Source of the DNA: Podarcis liolepis
Lineage: Eukaryota
Length of the DNA stretch: 64,000 bases
NCBI GenBank assembly: GCA_965112155.1
Contig: OZ218102.1
Strand: one strand, 5' to 3'
Positions within the stretch are counted from its first letter, which is position 1. Each line of letters begins with the position of its first letter. The translations under genes were made by a program, and so were the position numbers. Positions 1 to 12,400 of the stretch are shown one piece after another. The notes under the pieces were generated by a model. The model was not told the DNA's origin. It did no database searches and saw only the letters and a program-made list of their open reading frames with translations.

Positions 1-2619
1 GTTCTATAGTTCATTTGAATTATATGATGAGCAGCTACAGCATATTTTAATCAGATGGTTAGATGAAGGAAACAAGTTACTCTTAGACAACCAAAGAGGA
101 GAGACAGTGAATTCTGTCTAGGGTACATATATTATTCCAGATTGGAATAAAAATACAGAGCCATTGTCCCTAACAACTCCTGCTAATGTGATTCTAATGA
201 GTGAAAGGTTTGGTGGATCAATTTTGGCTAACATTATAGACATGTTATATGAATGTAAGCGAGCAGCTACACATAACTGAAGAAAAAAAGAGTTCTCACC
301 ATGAAGTTGTTACAGTTAAGTGCCACACTTTTTAACAACAACAACAAAAAAGGTGCCAGCAGTGCATACCTTTGCATACCCCCTGAAGAAGAAGAAAAAT
401 ACTGCAGAAGAGCATTCTGGAAAGCTCATGCTTGATCCAGCCAAAACAGGCATATTAGTTTAAGAACTGACTTCTCTTACCTCTTTGTCTGCAGTAGTGA
501 ACAGTACAAAGAAAGTTATTAATTGGAAAATAGTTCGCTTGCATTCATGCAAATTGCTGCTCTGGGTCACAACCTTTTTCTCTGTAGGGAACTCTACCAC
601 ACACAAACATTCCGTATATGATACACTGTTGGGTTTATGATATGGTTCATGATCTAATTTATGCACCCTAAAGGATGCATTGTTTCCTTTCTTTGGCCCC
701 TAAATATAGCATCAACGTTTCTATAGTCTTCTCATAACTAATATTCAGAGAATTGTAATTAATGATTAAGTACAGTCTTTATGGATCTTGCTGCCTACTC
801 AGTCACATAAAGAGACTTGCTCTGAAACCCATAAGCAGCTATATAATATGCAACTGTAATGTGAATAATTATTCCTCTGAAAGTCCTATAATTATGGTTC
901 CTGAAGCAGTCTTATTATTAAGTCATCTTAATAGAAACTCAAAGCAAAATTGCCTTGAGTTTTGTGATGATATAAATATTGTTCACTGAAAACTTGAGTG
1001 CTTTGTCTCTCTTTACAATGCAGCAGAATAAATACGTGGTTGCAGGGATTTCATAGAAAACTTCCAGTGCGGTCTTTTGCCCAGCTTAAACCCACTAAGG
1101 CAGGACAGAACTACCTCTATGATGGAGGACAACACCCCAACTAACTGAGGAGTACAAATCTGTCTTGCCCAGAGATTCACTGGTGGAGCATGATCAAGGG
1201 TGAGACCTCATTAGCTCAGTGTTACCCTAACCATTCTTGTTTCCCTTGTTGGTTATGCTCCTAGGACAGGCTGGGTAGCCAGTTGGGATGATGTTTGAAA
1301 GAGGACATGCAATGGAGATTTTACTGGAACAATAACCAGAAGACACTGGCTGTTGATCAAATGATTATAGGAGAAGTGTGGCTGGAAAGAGTGAAGGGAG
1401 GATGTTGAAGGAAAGGTGCGGTGGAGTATGACTCAGTCATGAGTCAGCTAATTACCTGCATTGGTCTTTTCATTCATGCACTTACATTTCTGGCTACCTA
1501 GATTCAGGGTTATGTTTCTCTTCCTAGTCTTAGTTCCTAATAGCCCATAAAGGCTGGGGTGTTTTCCGTGCTAAATATGTGCTTTCTCACACATCCGCAG
1601 CTGCTTATTGACCATGCATGGGACTGAGAGGAGGGATAAAGAAAGGGGTGCTAAAGGAATTTTTGGAAACTTTTAAAGCAGGTTAAACGGTAATGAAATT
1701 AAAGACAGAGTGAAGCACTTTTTAAAATGTCTTTTGGAAAGGATGGTTCAACCATCAGTTCATTTGCAATTCTAGTGTTAAACAAAAAGGTAGATAATTG
1801 GGGCACATTCCTGATCCTTAAAGCATGGAGGATTAGAAAAGTTAGTTTTGAACTTCCCCAGTAAGTTATGTGTTCTATTTTTATATTATTGTGGGCTTCA
1901 TACTGATTCCAGGGATTAGCGGGTCTTCACGGGAGCTAGTATGATCATCTACTCCTCTTTCTTTTATATCCTCTTCCATCTGCCTGAGTTTTGCAATGTG
2001 GGAAAAGTGGACCATTCTTGACATAGTTATATAGAGGAGTCAAACATTTTTACCCCATTTGATGGCCTCAAAAGATCCCCAAGATGGGGAGGGCAGAACA
2101 GGGGCCGAACTTTTCTGCAAGAAACTGTTCCCCATCTTAGTTCATCTTTACTATTTAGTTTCAAACCACTATGCTTGCATATTAGCTAATCCTGATACTA
2201 GGTTCATGTTAAATGTTAAATCTCAGCAAGGGGGATACTCTGACAGTTCCTTTGTCATTCCTCTCGAGCATTCCTGATCCTTCAGAGATCTTAGGCAATA
2301 TTTCCTGCTGCTTCGTTAACAAGATAAATCTGCTGGATTTCTGTTGCCCTATGGCTCCCACACATTTGCATGTGCCAGAGGAAAGTGGGAGTACTTACAC
2401 TTAAAACAGTTCATGGTTCCTGAATTTTCAGTTGATGCAGTTCTTGACAGCAGATAGCTTATTGAACTTGTAAATAAATTGCTTCTCCCAACAAATGTCC
2501 TGAAGCAATTTACAAGAATAATTTGCAAAATAAAGTAAAATACAGTAATAACTTTTTAAAAAATACATAGGCATGAAAGTAAAAAAATCATCGGTGCTGC
2601 CCAAATGAATGAGAAAACA

Positions 2620-2730
2620 AAAGGATCTTTGCCCATGCCCAGATGATGACAAAGTTGGTGCCAGGCAGGCCTCACTGGAGAGAGCATTCCATAGACAGGA
2701 AACTACTACAAAAAAGGCCCATTCTCACCA
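2620..2730 (-). mobile_element. Degraded L2 fragment
   Basis: gccaggcaggcctcactggagagagcattccatagacagg..aaaaaggccc resembles the reverse complement of the L2 3' region at 19450-19510. Confidence 0.5.
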
Positions 2731-2840
2731 CTTATCAGCAATGAGGTGCAAGAACAAAAATGGTCACCAGCACCCATCCTTGGAAACTAAAATTCATCCA
2801 TTAACCACAGACCAGATAGCACTCTGGATGCCTCTGGAAC

Positions 2841-3041
2841 CAGAGGTGCCAACTTTAATAAAATATTGGGGTGGGGGAAGGTAAGCCCCACCCCACATAA
2901 TTTATTGATCACAAGATGCAGCACACACACACACTATTTGAATGGCAATACCCATAAACTTTGAGGCGGGACAACACCCTCAATTTTTTTTGGGGGGGGG
3001 GGTGAAGGGACCTTGTTGTACTCTAGGAGTTGGCTCCTATG
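2841..3041. mobile_element. hAT-type MITE (second copy at ~15403-15560)
   Basis: Ends cagaggtgccaact / agttggctcctatg; 8-bp TSD tctggaac / cctggaac (7/8). The internal sequence is shared with 15403-15560. Confidence 0.75.
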
Positions 3042-5434
3042 CCTGGAACATTACTTGCTCCAATAGCAGACTCCAAGCCCCTATGAAGCTCCTCTTTGTT
3101 TCTATTATCACTGTTGACAATGTATCCTTTAGTCAGTTTTGCATTTGTTTAATTTAATTACTCTTTCACATACACACTCTGAATAGCTAGCAGGACCTAA
3201 CCATGAAACTGGTTTTACTTAGTAAATGTAAATGCTACCACCACAATGTATCTTGCAATGATAATACAGCATTAGAAAGAATAGCTCAACATACAAAAGT
3301 TAAGGTTTTGAGAGAAGGAAACTGCTCTGTCTTCTTAAATGTATTTTTGGGAAATATCCATATATATACACACTGTATTCAGAAAGAGCTGCCATCATTA
3401 ACTTATAGCCTGCATTCTTCAATTTCATTGCTTTCTTAGTGAGTTATAAACAGAAATAACTCTTTCTGTTTATTGTATAACTTACAGTTCAATTCCAAAT
3501 TTGGATTTATTGTCCCCTGTATGTATGTTTCTGAGGTATGGAGATTTCACATTTTATAAATAATTCTGAAAAAGAGAGTTGGTAATGACAAAAATCAACA
3601 TAGCATCATTTTAAAAGAATGATTACTGGAGAGGGAGATACTAGGATAGGCTACAAAATATATAGCAAGTTTTGCCGATCATAAGCACAAAGAGAATAAA
3701 AAACTCAAAAAGTAAGAGGTAGTCAGATAATATGATCAATGATGATTTCTAAACAGACGTTTTTACCAAAATAGTTTTCACATTTGTCTTTTTGATGTTT
3801 AATGATTGCTATAACCCTGGTCTTTTGATCCAAGAAAGATATGAAGAACCTATGGAAACTACAGTATTTGAACATATATTTAGCTGACCACTAAGCCTTT
3901 AATCCCTACATTTTTATGTTCAGATAAAGAGGCACAAAAAAGCAATTTTAGCCCAGAAAGGAATACTGAAAATAAGTGTTGAAAGGAATAGTATGGTAAA
4001 TCAATCAGCATTGAATCAGTTCTGAAGGCATTGGATTAAAAGGAGTGTCTGTATGGCCTGTCAAGTGAAGGACGGCATGTTACCTTCTTGAATGACCACA
4101 AGGGCACTTCATGATAATAGTTAAGTTATCATTCACTGCAACACTTTTCATTAATCTCATAAAATGAAATATAGAAGTGAAAAAGCCAGTGGTCATCAAC
4201 AAAGAGAGCCAAGCACGAGCATGTGCAGATCAGCCCTAAAGATCTATGGAGTGACAGATGTCACAGCCAGATTTCATTCACTTTTATAAACCTAAAACAG
4301 TATACTGTCAAGGTGGGTTAAAAATAAATAAATATCCAACTTACATTACAGGATTAAAGTTTAGATAATTTGCAGTTCTAAAAATCAATATGTTTTTAAC
4401 TTGCTCTTGGATTGGATTCTTTGTTTTTTATTGTTTATATTGTAAAGACCTTTGACTACAAACAACAAAGCTCAGACAGAGATGTGCTCTTGCATTTAAA
4501 CTCCCTTGAAGCCTTTAGCTTTTCTTGCCTCTTCCTTCCTTTTGCAATTGTCATTATATGGGAAGAAAGGCTAATTTTACTTTTTTTTATTTATTAGCAA
4601 CCAGTGTGGTGTGGCACTGTGAGGCCATACTCATTATATTGGGATAAGACAAGGCCATGGCCCAAGCAGCTTGGATGTATCATTCCAGATGTACACCCCA
4701 GCTTCCCTTGAAATGTTTTGGATGATACTGGGATGCAGCTTTTGAAGCAAGCGTAGTCATGTGAAACCTGGGAAGGATGCTCAGTCATCTGGGGTATATC
4801 TGGGAAATTCTGGGGTATATCTTTCATATTGCATACTGCTTCACTGGTGCCCTTTACACTATTCAAAAAACACAGAAGCTAGGACCAATTAAAATGTCAC
4901 CAACTAATAGGCAAGTGATTTATTTCTGCTAAGCGGGAATGTTAAGCAAAACAACAGTGGCTGGGGAGCTAGGCATGATGTCGAAGCCCCTAAGTCAGCA
5001 GATTATTTTAAATCTTATAATGGAGCACAGGAGGTGTTATGCAGATTTAACAGTGCAGTTCCATGCAAGTCTGCTCAGAAATAGTTCTTAACTGAGTTCA
5101 ATGGGACTTACTCCCGGGCAAATGTTCACATAAACTGCAGCCTTAATTAGATCAGACCCTGCTAGGTGCTAAACTGAGACATACTGGGAGAAGGAAAATA
5201 TAAACACTAATAAGTGCTTTGATCCGTCTCCAGCAATCAGCAGAACCCACAAGCTATGACCTTTGCTAAGGCAGAAAAAAAAGAAATATGGTATCTGCAA
5301 AGCTGGATACTAATTTTAGGTGGTACACTAAGTTAAGAATTAATAAAAGACAAATTAGGTGCATTTTTGTGTGTGTCCACTGCCAATGCTTAGCCTTTTC
5401 TTTTCTCCCACCCATATCATTTTACTGAACTTCA

Positions 5435-5565
5435 TGTCAGAAGAAGAGTTCTGGAGAACCTGAAAGCTCACTAGTTTGTGGTTTTTACTTGGTCCTAGTA
5501 AAGGTATCATGCTACTGGGGATATTCTGGATTTTTTGTTCCTAATAGACCAACACAGCCAACTAC
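5435..5565 (+). mobile_element. Degraded PLE terminal fragment with decayed hammerhead (similar remnants at ~400-460 and 13220-13330)
   Basis: cagaagaagagttctggagaacctgaaagctcac..ttggtcctagtaaaggtatca..agaccaacacagcc; same layout as the 58871 element. Confidence 0.55.
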
Positions 5566-7489
5566 AATTTATGTGTTCTTTGCTGTTGGGCTGCCTGTGG
5601 CAAGGTAGAGATTTTAAGTCGTTTTGACCTGCTCCCTTTATAAATGTATGGTTGTTCCAGTTTACTCAGTTGTACATGGGTGCCAAGTTTATTTTACTGT
5701 TAGACTGTTACCTGTTTAAGCACTGGTGCATATGACCAGGTAGCTACACAGAGACCATTGAAAATGCAACAGTTTGTGTGACACAACTTGAAAAGCAAAG
5801 AAATGTTCTGTATCTTCATCATCATTAAACCGTGCTTTAGTTCATACAGTTGTAAAAAGATGCTAGCATGAAGGATGCCAGCTGCTATTTCAGTACAGCT
5901 ACAATAATGGAATTTAATGCCAGCTCCTTCGGTATGCATCCCTATATGTCAAAGCGTTTACATCAGCCTTCTCTGTCTGATCCTCAAGACTCTCCCAAAG
6001 ATGTACCTACCTCCTCCTCAGCCATGCCCATTATCCCCAGGCCACACCCTCAATGAACCCTCCCTTGTATTGGACCCTGATTATGTCTCTTGCCTGCCTG
6101 GGTGAAGGATTGTATGTGCAAATCTATTCTGATGTATGGAGGTAAAATTTACATTCCTTGCTCTGCCCACATTTTCCTCTGGCCCTGCCCACCACTGGGA
6201 TACAGCTCCTAAAAGGCTGCCCACAAAGGTATGCATCCCTCAGGCTGCAAGGTTTTCTCCATTCCTGGTTTACATGGTTGTGTATTTGTGTGTGTGGTGG
6301 AATTTGTCAATATGATCCAAGGATAAAATAGCTCCTATGTCCTCCAGATGGCTTGTCGAAGACTTTGTTAAGGGCTACATCATGTCGTAACACATTCTGA
6401 ATTAATCTTTGTTGCTTCCGGTTCCTATGTTCACATGAAGAATGTAAGACCATTGCTCTGCATTATGTTCCTTGTGTATCTGATTGAGCTGGCGCCATGT
6501 AATTTTTGTTAATGAAAATGTATTTCTGATCTCAGCCTGTTGCCTTTCAGCATCAGCATTAACTTCTGTGTTTTCTTTTCAGAAAGGCAGTAGTCAGTTT
6601 CTATTAGAGCATCTATGGCATGTGCTTTTGTTTGACTTGGCTGCTTTTCATCCACTTGTCATCTTTCCTCCAGCTTCTAGATTAAATCGTTTTATATCAC
6701 ATGTATCACTTTCCTTAGCAAAACAAAAAAACCCTGAGTGCATGTTAGTTGAGGTGGATTACAATCAAGATTGTTCTTTTCCTGATGTGTTGCACACAAG
6801 AAAAGAAATTAAATGACTCTAAATGATTTGTTGTTTTCCTGTTTGCTGGCCTAAATTATGAGATCAGAGGCATTTTATGACAAAGTTTCAGTGTAACCAA
6901 CCTAATTAATTGAAATGAAATAATCGTAAACATTTATTCATGCATGTACACAGGTGTGTTTTTTTAGTGTTTACAATTGAGTTCCTAGCTTGGAATTGCC
7001 ATTTGAAGGTTTGGCAATTGTCGTGAATTGTTGGTTTCATACTTCAATGTAGTAAATGAGCAGTTCACATTTATTTTTTAATAATATTGTTACCCATTTC
7101 TCACTATGAGGTCCCTGGGTGGGTTACAACAATTTAAAAAACAAACAAAAATGAAGTCAGTTAAAACATGTCACAGATGAAAGAATATGAGTGAGCCCTA
7201 AAATATTTACCTCAGGTGTCAAGGGTCTTAAATTCCCCCAATTATGATCTAACCATATTATAGCCAGGGCAAAAATGTGAATTTGAAAACTAAAGAAGTT
7301 AGTGCCAAGTGCTAGACATGTTACCTCAGGAAAACTACGTTCCCAGTGCAGTGCTTCTAGAAAAACAGGAAGGCATGGGAACATTTTCAGGAAGGAAGGA
7401 CCTCTGCCCAAGACCATTTGCCAACTGTGGGAGCCTAACTAGGGGAAACTGGGAGTAAAATGGATGGGGAGAAGAGAATGCAGGAGAAA

Positions 7490-7600
7490 AGGAAGAGCTG
7501 TAGCTCAGTGGAAGTGTGCATGTTCTGCATACCAAATGTCCCAGGTTCGGTCCCTGGCATCACCAGTTACAACTGGCTAAATTGTCACAGGGCCACTGCC
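7490..7600 (+). mobile_element. Squam2-like tRNA-derived SINE head (related pieces at ~8330-8450, 37335-37510 and 62380-62560 minus)
   Basis: gtagctcagtgg (A box)..cccaggttcggtccctggcatc (B box). No intact cloverleaf. Confidence 0.6.
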
Positions 7601-8926
7601 AATTGGAGCAAAGTTCAGATTACAGCCCATTTGTTCGTCTTGTTGTTGTGTTTGATGAAGTAAAGTTCTGCTCTGCCCTAAAGTGCCACCACAACTATGA
7701 TTGTGATAAAAATGTAACTTAAACTTTTTTAAACGGACAATCAGATATTTAGCACTATTGATATGACATATATGATTCCAAATTCACAACACTTGAAATC
7801 ACTAGTCAAATGTTCTACAAAACCAGATCTACACTTTGTTTAAAAGTATAAATGTCTCAGGACAGACCTGCCTTTGTTCCAAACTACACTAAGGTCATCT
7901 GTCTAAACTCTAAAAAGAGACCACTGACCCATGTATCTTCAAGGAGATCAAACGTCTAAATACAAATAGAATAGTTACATACAAATGGATAATGACTGGT
8001 GTGACATTTCTGTGTCCATAGTTTTTAGGAGCACTAATCTGTCTCCTTAACTGAAATGTCACATTGAAGACTTTCTAGGCAATCGGGCAGAAAAATCCTA
8101 TTTTTCATGACTTACCCTTGCTTCATAGGAGAGACATGGCAGATAAACTTTCAGCTATCCATTTTATATAATGTCAATGAAAAACCAAGGCCCTTCTATA
8201 ATGGAGACTTGTACCCTTTTAAATGCCCATTTGTGAGGATGAATTGAGATTTAAAAAATTGTAAAGCCCTTTGCATCCTAGAAGTCCTTAAACACATACC
8301 CAAAATGTTAGTTTGTAGTCACAGGGTGAAAGAAGCCTTTTCTGCATGGCAAGTCACTGTAGATAAATAGTTCTCCACAGGAGGGCAGTCCTACAGTGTA
8401 GACAATAGTTAGCTAGATGGACCTTTGTCTGAGTTGGTACAAGACATCTTCCTTCCAAACATAAATAAATAAATAAATAAATGGTGCATTAAGAAAAAAG
8501 ACCAAAAAAATTTATGGCAATGGATCTCAGGGACCAGATGCAGGCAGGGAAGGAGACAGAAAAGTACTGAAAGGGGAACAATGAGACACTATGGGTAGAG
8601 GAGAGAAAGGTCCAGAATGTCTAAGTACAATCGCATACATGTTTCTCCCATGATAGTACATATTTGATTTACATGTGGCTATCAGTGCTGTTCCTTTCTA
8701 CTGATAACTACATCAAATTATACTTCTTGTAACTATTTATTTACTACATCCATTTAGAGAAGCATTCCTTAAGTGGATACATGCCATTAAGTTTCTAGGC
8801 ACATTCAAAGTAATGTTCGCTATTTTAAATATGAAGAATGTGGATTTCCTCCTATTGGTTCTTGAGATTAGGGTGCAATCCTACTTGCATTATTGTAACA
8901 GTGTGGGATTGCAACCCAACATGTCT

Positions 8927-9402
8927 GTTGTTGTTGTTGTTTAGTCGTTTAGTCGTAGCCGACTCTTCGTGACCCCATGGACCAGAGCACGCCAGGCACT
9001 TCTGTCTTCCACTGCCTCCCGCAGTTTGGTCAGACTCATGTTTGTAGCTTCAAGAACACTGTCCAACCATCTCGTCCTCTGTCGTCCCCTTCTCCTTGTG
9101 CCCTCCATCTTTCCCAACATCAGGGTCTTTTCCCGGGAGTCTTCTCTTCTCATGAGGTGGCCAAAGTATTGGAGCCTCAGCTTCATGATCTGTCCTTCCA
9201 GTGAGCACTCAGAGCTGATTTCCTTAAGAATGGATAGGTTTGTTCTTCTTGCAGTCCATGGGAATCTCAAGAGTCTCCTCCAGCACCATAATTCAAAAGC
9301 ATCAATTCTTCGGCGATCAGCCTTCTTTACAGTCCAGCTCTCACTTCCATACATCACTACTGGGAAAACCATAGCTTTTACTATACGGACCTTTGTTGGC
9401 AA
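8927..9402 (-). mobile_element. Bov-B (RTE) LINE, 5'-truncated
   Basis: ORF 8941-9438(-) encodes the Bov-B RT C-terminus (LPTKVRIVKAMVFPVVMYGSESW..RRIDAFELWCWRR..YFGHLMRR). (CAA)n tail; TSD caacatgtct at 8917-8926 and 9400-9409. Confidence 0.95.
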
Positions 9403-12400
9403 CATGTCTACAAGAGTGCTTTTCTTCCCTTTCCCCAAAACTTTAATTAAAATCTAAGAGTTTGAACATCAACAATGCTAATGTAGCCCATTGCTAATCT
9501 GCAGAAACATTGTAGTAAAATGTTACTGGAATGTATTGATTCTTAGGTTGGTTTCTACCAATATGATTTTAGCAACAAGAAAAGCAACTACACAGGTGTG
9601 GAAAGTTACTAAAGTATTACTGCTGCTTTGTCCAGCTCCCAATTTCACTCCAGATTCTCCTACCTCAATGTTAAGATGTATCAGTGTCAGCAGAATTATT
9701 TGTCACAGCTAAAACTTTTCCAAGCTCTAATTATATTGCACCCCATGGATTTCATGCAGCTGGAGGCCTTTCTTAACATTTTATAAACTCAATTTCTGAA
9801 TAGTTTTAAAATTCCACCATATTAATTCAGATTGAACTGAAATTCAGCACTGAAAGTAGTTCAGCTGACAGTGTTGTAAAGTGAGAGAAAACTCCTGAAA
9901 ATAATACAGGTGTCATTGTTATATGCAAGCCCTTAATTACAATATAAATCTGAAGTGGGCAGAACACCAATATAGTTGATCTTTGGATGATATGTACTGT
10001 AGAAGATCACCAAGGATTTCTGATTCCCAGTTTTTAAAAATGTCAGCAACCTTTTTCCAAATTACGTTGCTGGAACACATGGCTTGGGGTTTTTGGGGTG
10101 TGGTGAGGGGCAGGATCAAGAATGCATTTTGAGTGAAAGGATTGGGACTTCAGTACAAAAATGAAATCCTGTGATAAGATTCACTCAGATGCCCTCTTCC
10201 TTAATTCTAAGTGGCTGTCTGCCCCTTGTCCTAAGCCACTATTTTGTTTCCAGCTGGTAGGTCTTGGGGTCTAGCAAAATAGATCTCTCAAGCTTGAAGC
10301 TCATCTGCCTCTGTTCTAGAGTGCTGGGTTTTTTTGTTTTTTTTTTAGCGGTGGCTTCTGAACCAGGGTGCCCCATAGCATTTCAGGGCTTGTCCCAGGT
10401 GAGACAGGGTTTCTACAAGGTCCCATAAGTTGAAGTGGGAAATCCCAAAAGCTTTGTTCTATTCTGATGACTTGGTTGCAACCCACCCACCTACCCATTG
10501 CTATCATTTTTTTGTGACAAAGGAAACCAAGTTTACAAGAAATGCCCTTCATTGAGTGGGAAAGTGTGGGCAGAGAGGGAAGGAGGGATAGGCCATTTTG
10601 ACTGAGAGGTTTAGAATTTAACAGGGCTGTCCAATCACAATGCTTCATGAAAGAGAAGTTGAGAAACACATATGTATTTGTCTCAAATGCTCATTGATCT
10701 TTAGCAAGTTTCCTCTCCTGAGCAGACATAGAAGAGTTCTGCTGGATTAGGTAGTATCCTTCTTCCTACTGACTATACTTCTGAATCATTTTCAGTCTAC
10801 CAGAAATAACACATTACATCTACCACCTTTATTTTCATTGTGTGTGTTTTTCTGTTCCAGTACTTCTGCACAATTTTTTTATTAGTGTGTAGTCTTATTC
10901 CTCTTTTCCCTAATTTCGGTTTTAGGGCCGCTATTCATGTGTGATATTCAGTTTGTTCTTCCTGTATTTTCCTTTTTAGTATTTTTATCCTTGCCCCATG
11001 CTAGATCTGGGACTTTGCATGTGAATCTTTTTCAATTAAACTGAGCTATTTTATCTTATTTTTCACTCCACTTGTTTCTCTCATGCACTCAGGCCCAGCC
11101 CCCAGTTGTGTGTGTGCCTTTCTCTGACTCTGCCAGAGTGAACTGGTTAATTTCAGCCCATTTTAAGCACCACACACACACCACTCTTATTCATGAGAGG
11201 CACATGCATCTGGCAAGTCATCAGGTGCCCTAGCCCCCAACCCTACTGATAGGTTTAGACAAATAACTGGTGGGTCTGGTAATGGCAGTAGCAGAAGTAT
11301 TTGCATCAGTAGCACTGCCTGTTCTGAATTCTCTCAAACTCAAACACTGATGTAGGCAAGAGGAGCAATACTCAGCTTCTTTCTTGAAGCTGCCATGAAC
11401 AGTAGTGGGAGCAAGAGGCAGAGTATATTCTAGCATTGCTTTGAATTGGCAATGGATCTGAAGGCATGCCGCCTGCTTGTGTTACAGGAAACAGCTTGCA
11501 GGAAACTAATGGTTTAATATGTCACGAATATACTATAGATAGTAGCCATAGGACAAAAGCCCCAGGTAAAAGGGACTGTTGAACTGAAAAAGTTTGGCAT
11601 AGAATAAATCACATAATGATCTCGGTGCAGTAAAGGTTTCAGCTGGTGCAGGCGTAGCAGAGGCTTGTGAAAGTACAAAGGAAGACAGTTGAGAGGAAGT
11701 ACATAAACAGGAACCCAAGACTGTACAACTACAGCACATGAATCAAACTTGTGGTTAGTGCAAGTGGTGTGTTGAAATTTCTCAGAAGTTTTCCTATCCT
11801 TCAAAAGAGACTTCAACAATAGAGATGGTAAGAGTTGGTTCTTCCTGAGGCAGAGTGGGATCCAGACCCTGAGTCAAACCAGACAGACTATGAAGCACCT
11901 CAGGATGACTTGAGCTGCTTCCCAAAGTGCCACATTGGTATCTGAACTGAATCTTGATGTTGGTGCTCCCCCCGGCAACTGTTGATTTGAGGGCTAAATA
12001 TGCTCAGTGCAAATACTTCCATATTGGACGTGCCTGCCAGCCTTCAAGCTAGAAAGACCTAGAGTTTTCTAAAATTACTGTTAAAGATATACTCAAAACT
12101 GTTTATTCAATGTGATACTTTTTATTTTCAGTACATCAGACACTTGGCATAGATATGTTCTTATACTGTGATTGGAATATAGACTTTTCTTATTAAAACA
12201 ACAACAACCAAAAAGCTTAATTATATTTAAGATTCATTATGCATTTTAGCACAAAGTACTTAAAAGTACACTAAGATCCTGAGGTGTTCAGTGTGTGGTT
12301 TTTTTGTTTTTTGCTCAGTACTTTCATTAACCCTTCTTGTTTCATGCAGTCGAAAGATTTCAGGGATGCAACACAGTTTTAGAAATATTGATTTCAGACT

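Noticed and set aside
7490-7570. tRNA-like sequence (also the heads of the Sauria and Squam3 SINEs)
   Set aside because: A and B boxes are present but the stems do not form a cloverleaf, and the sequence continues into a SINE body.
8969-9457. 162-aa and 170-aa ORFs antisense to the Bov-B copies (also 32419-32931)
   Set aside because: These are antisense shadows of the Bov-B RT frame.
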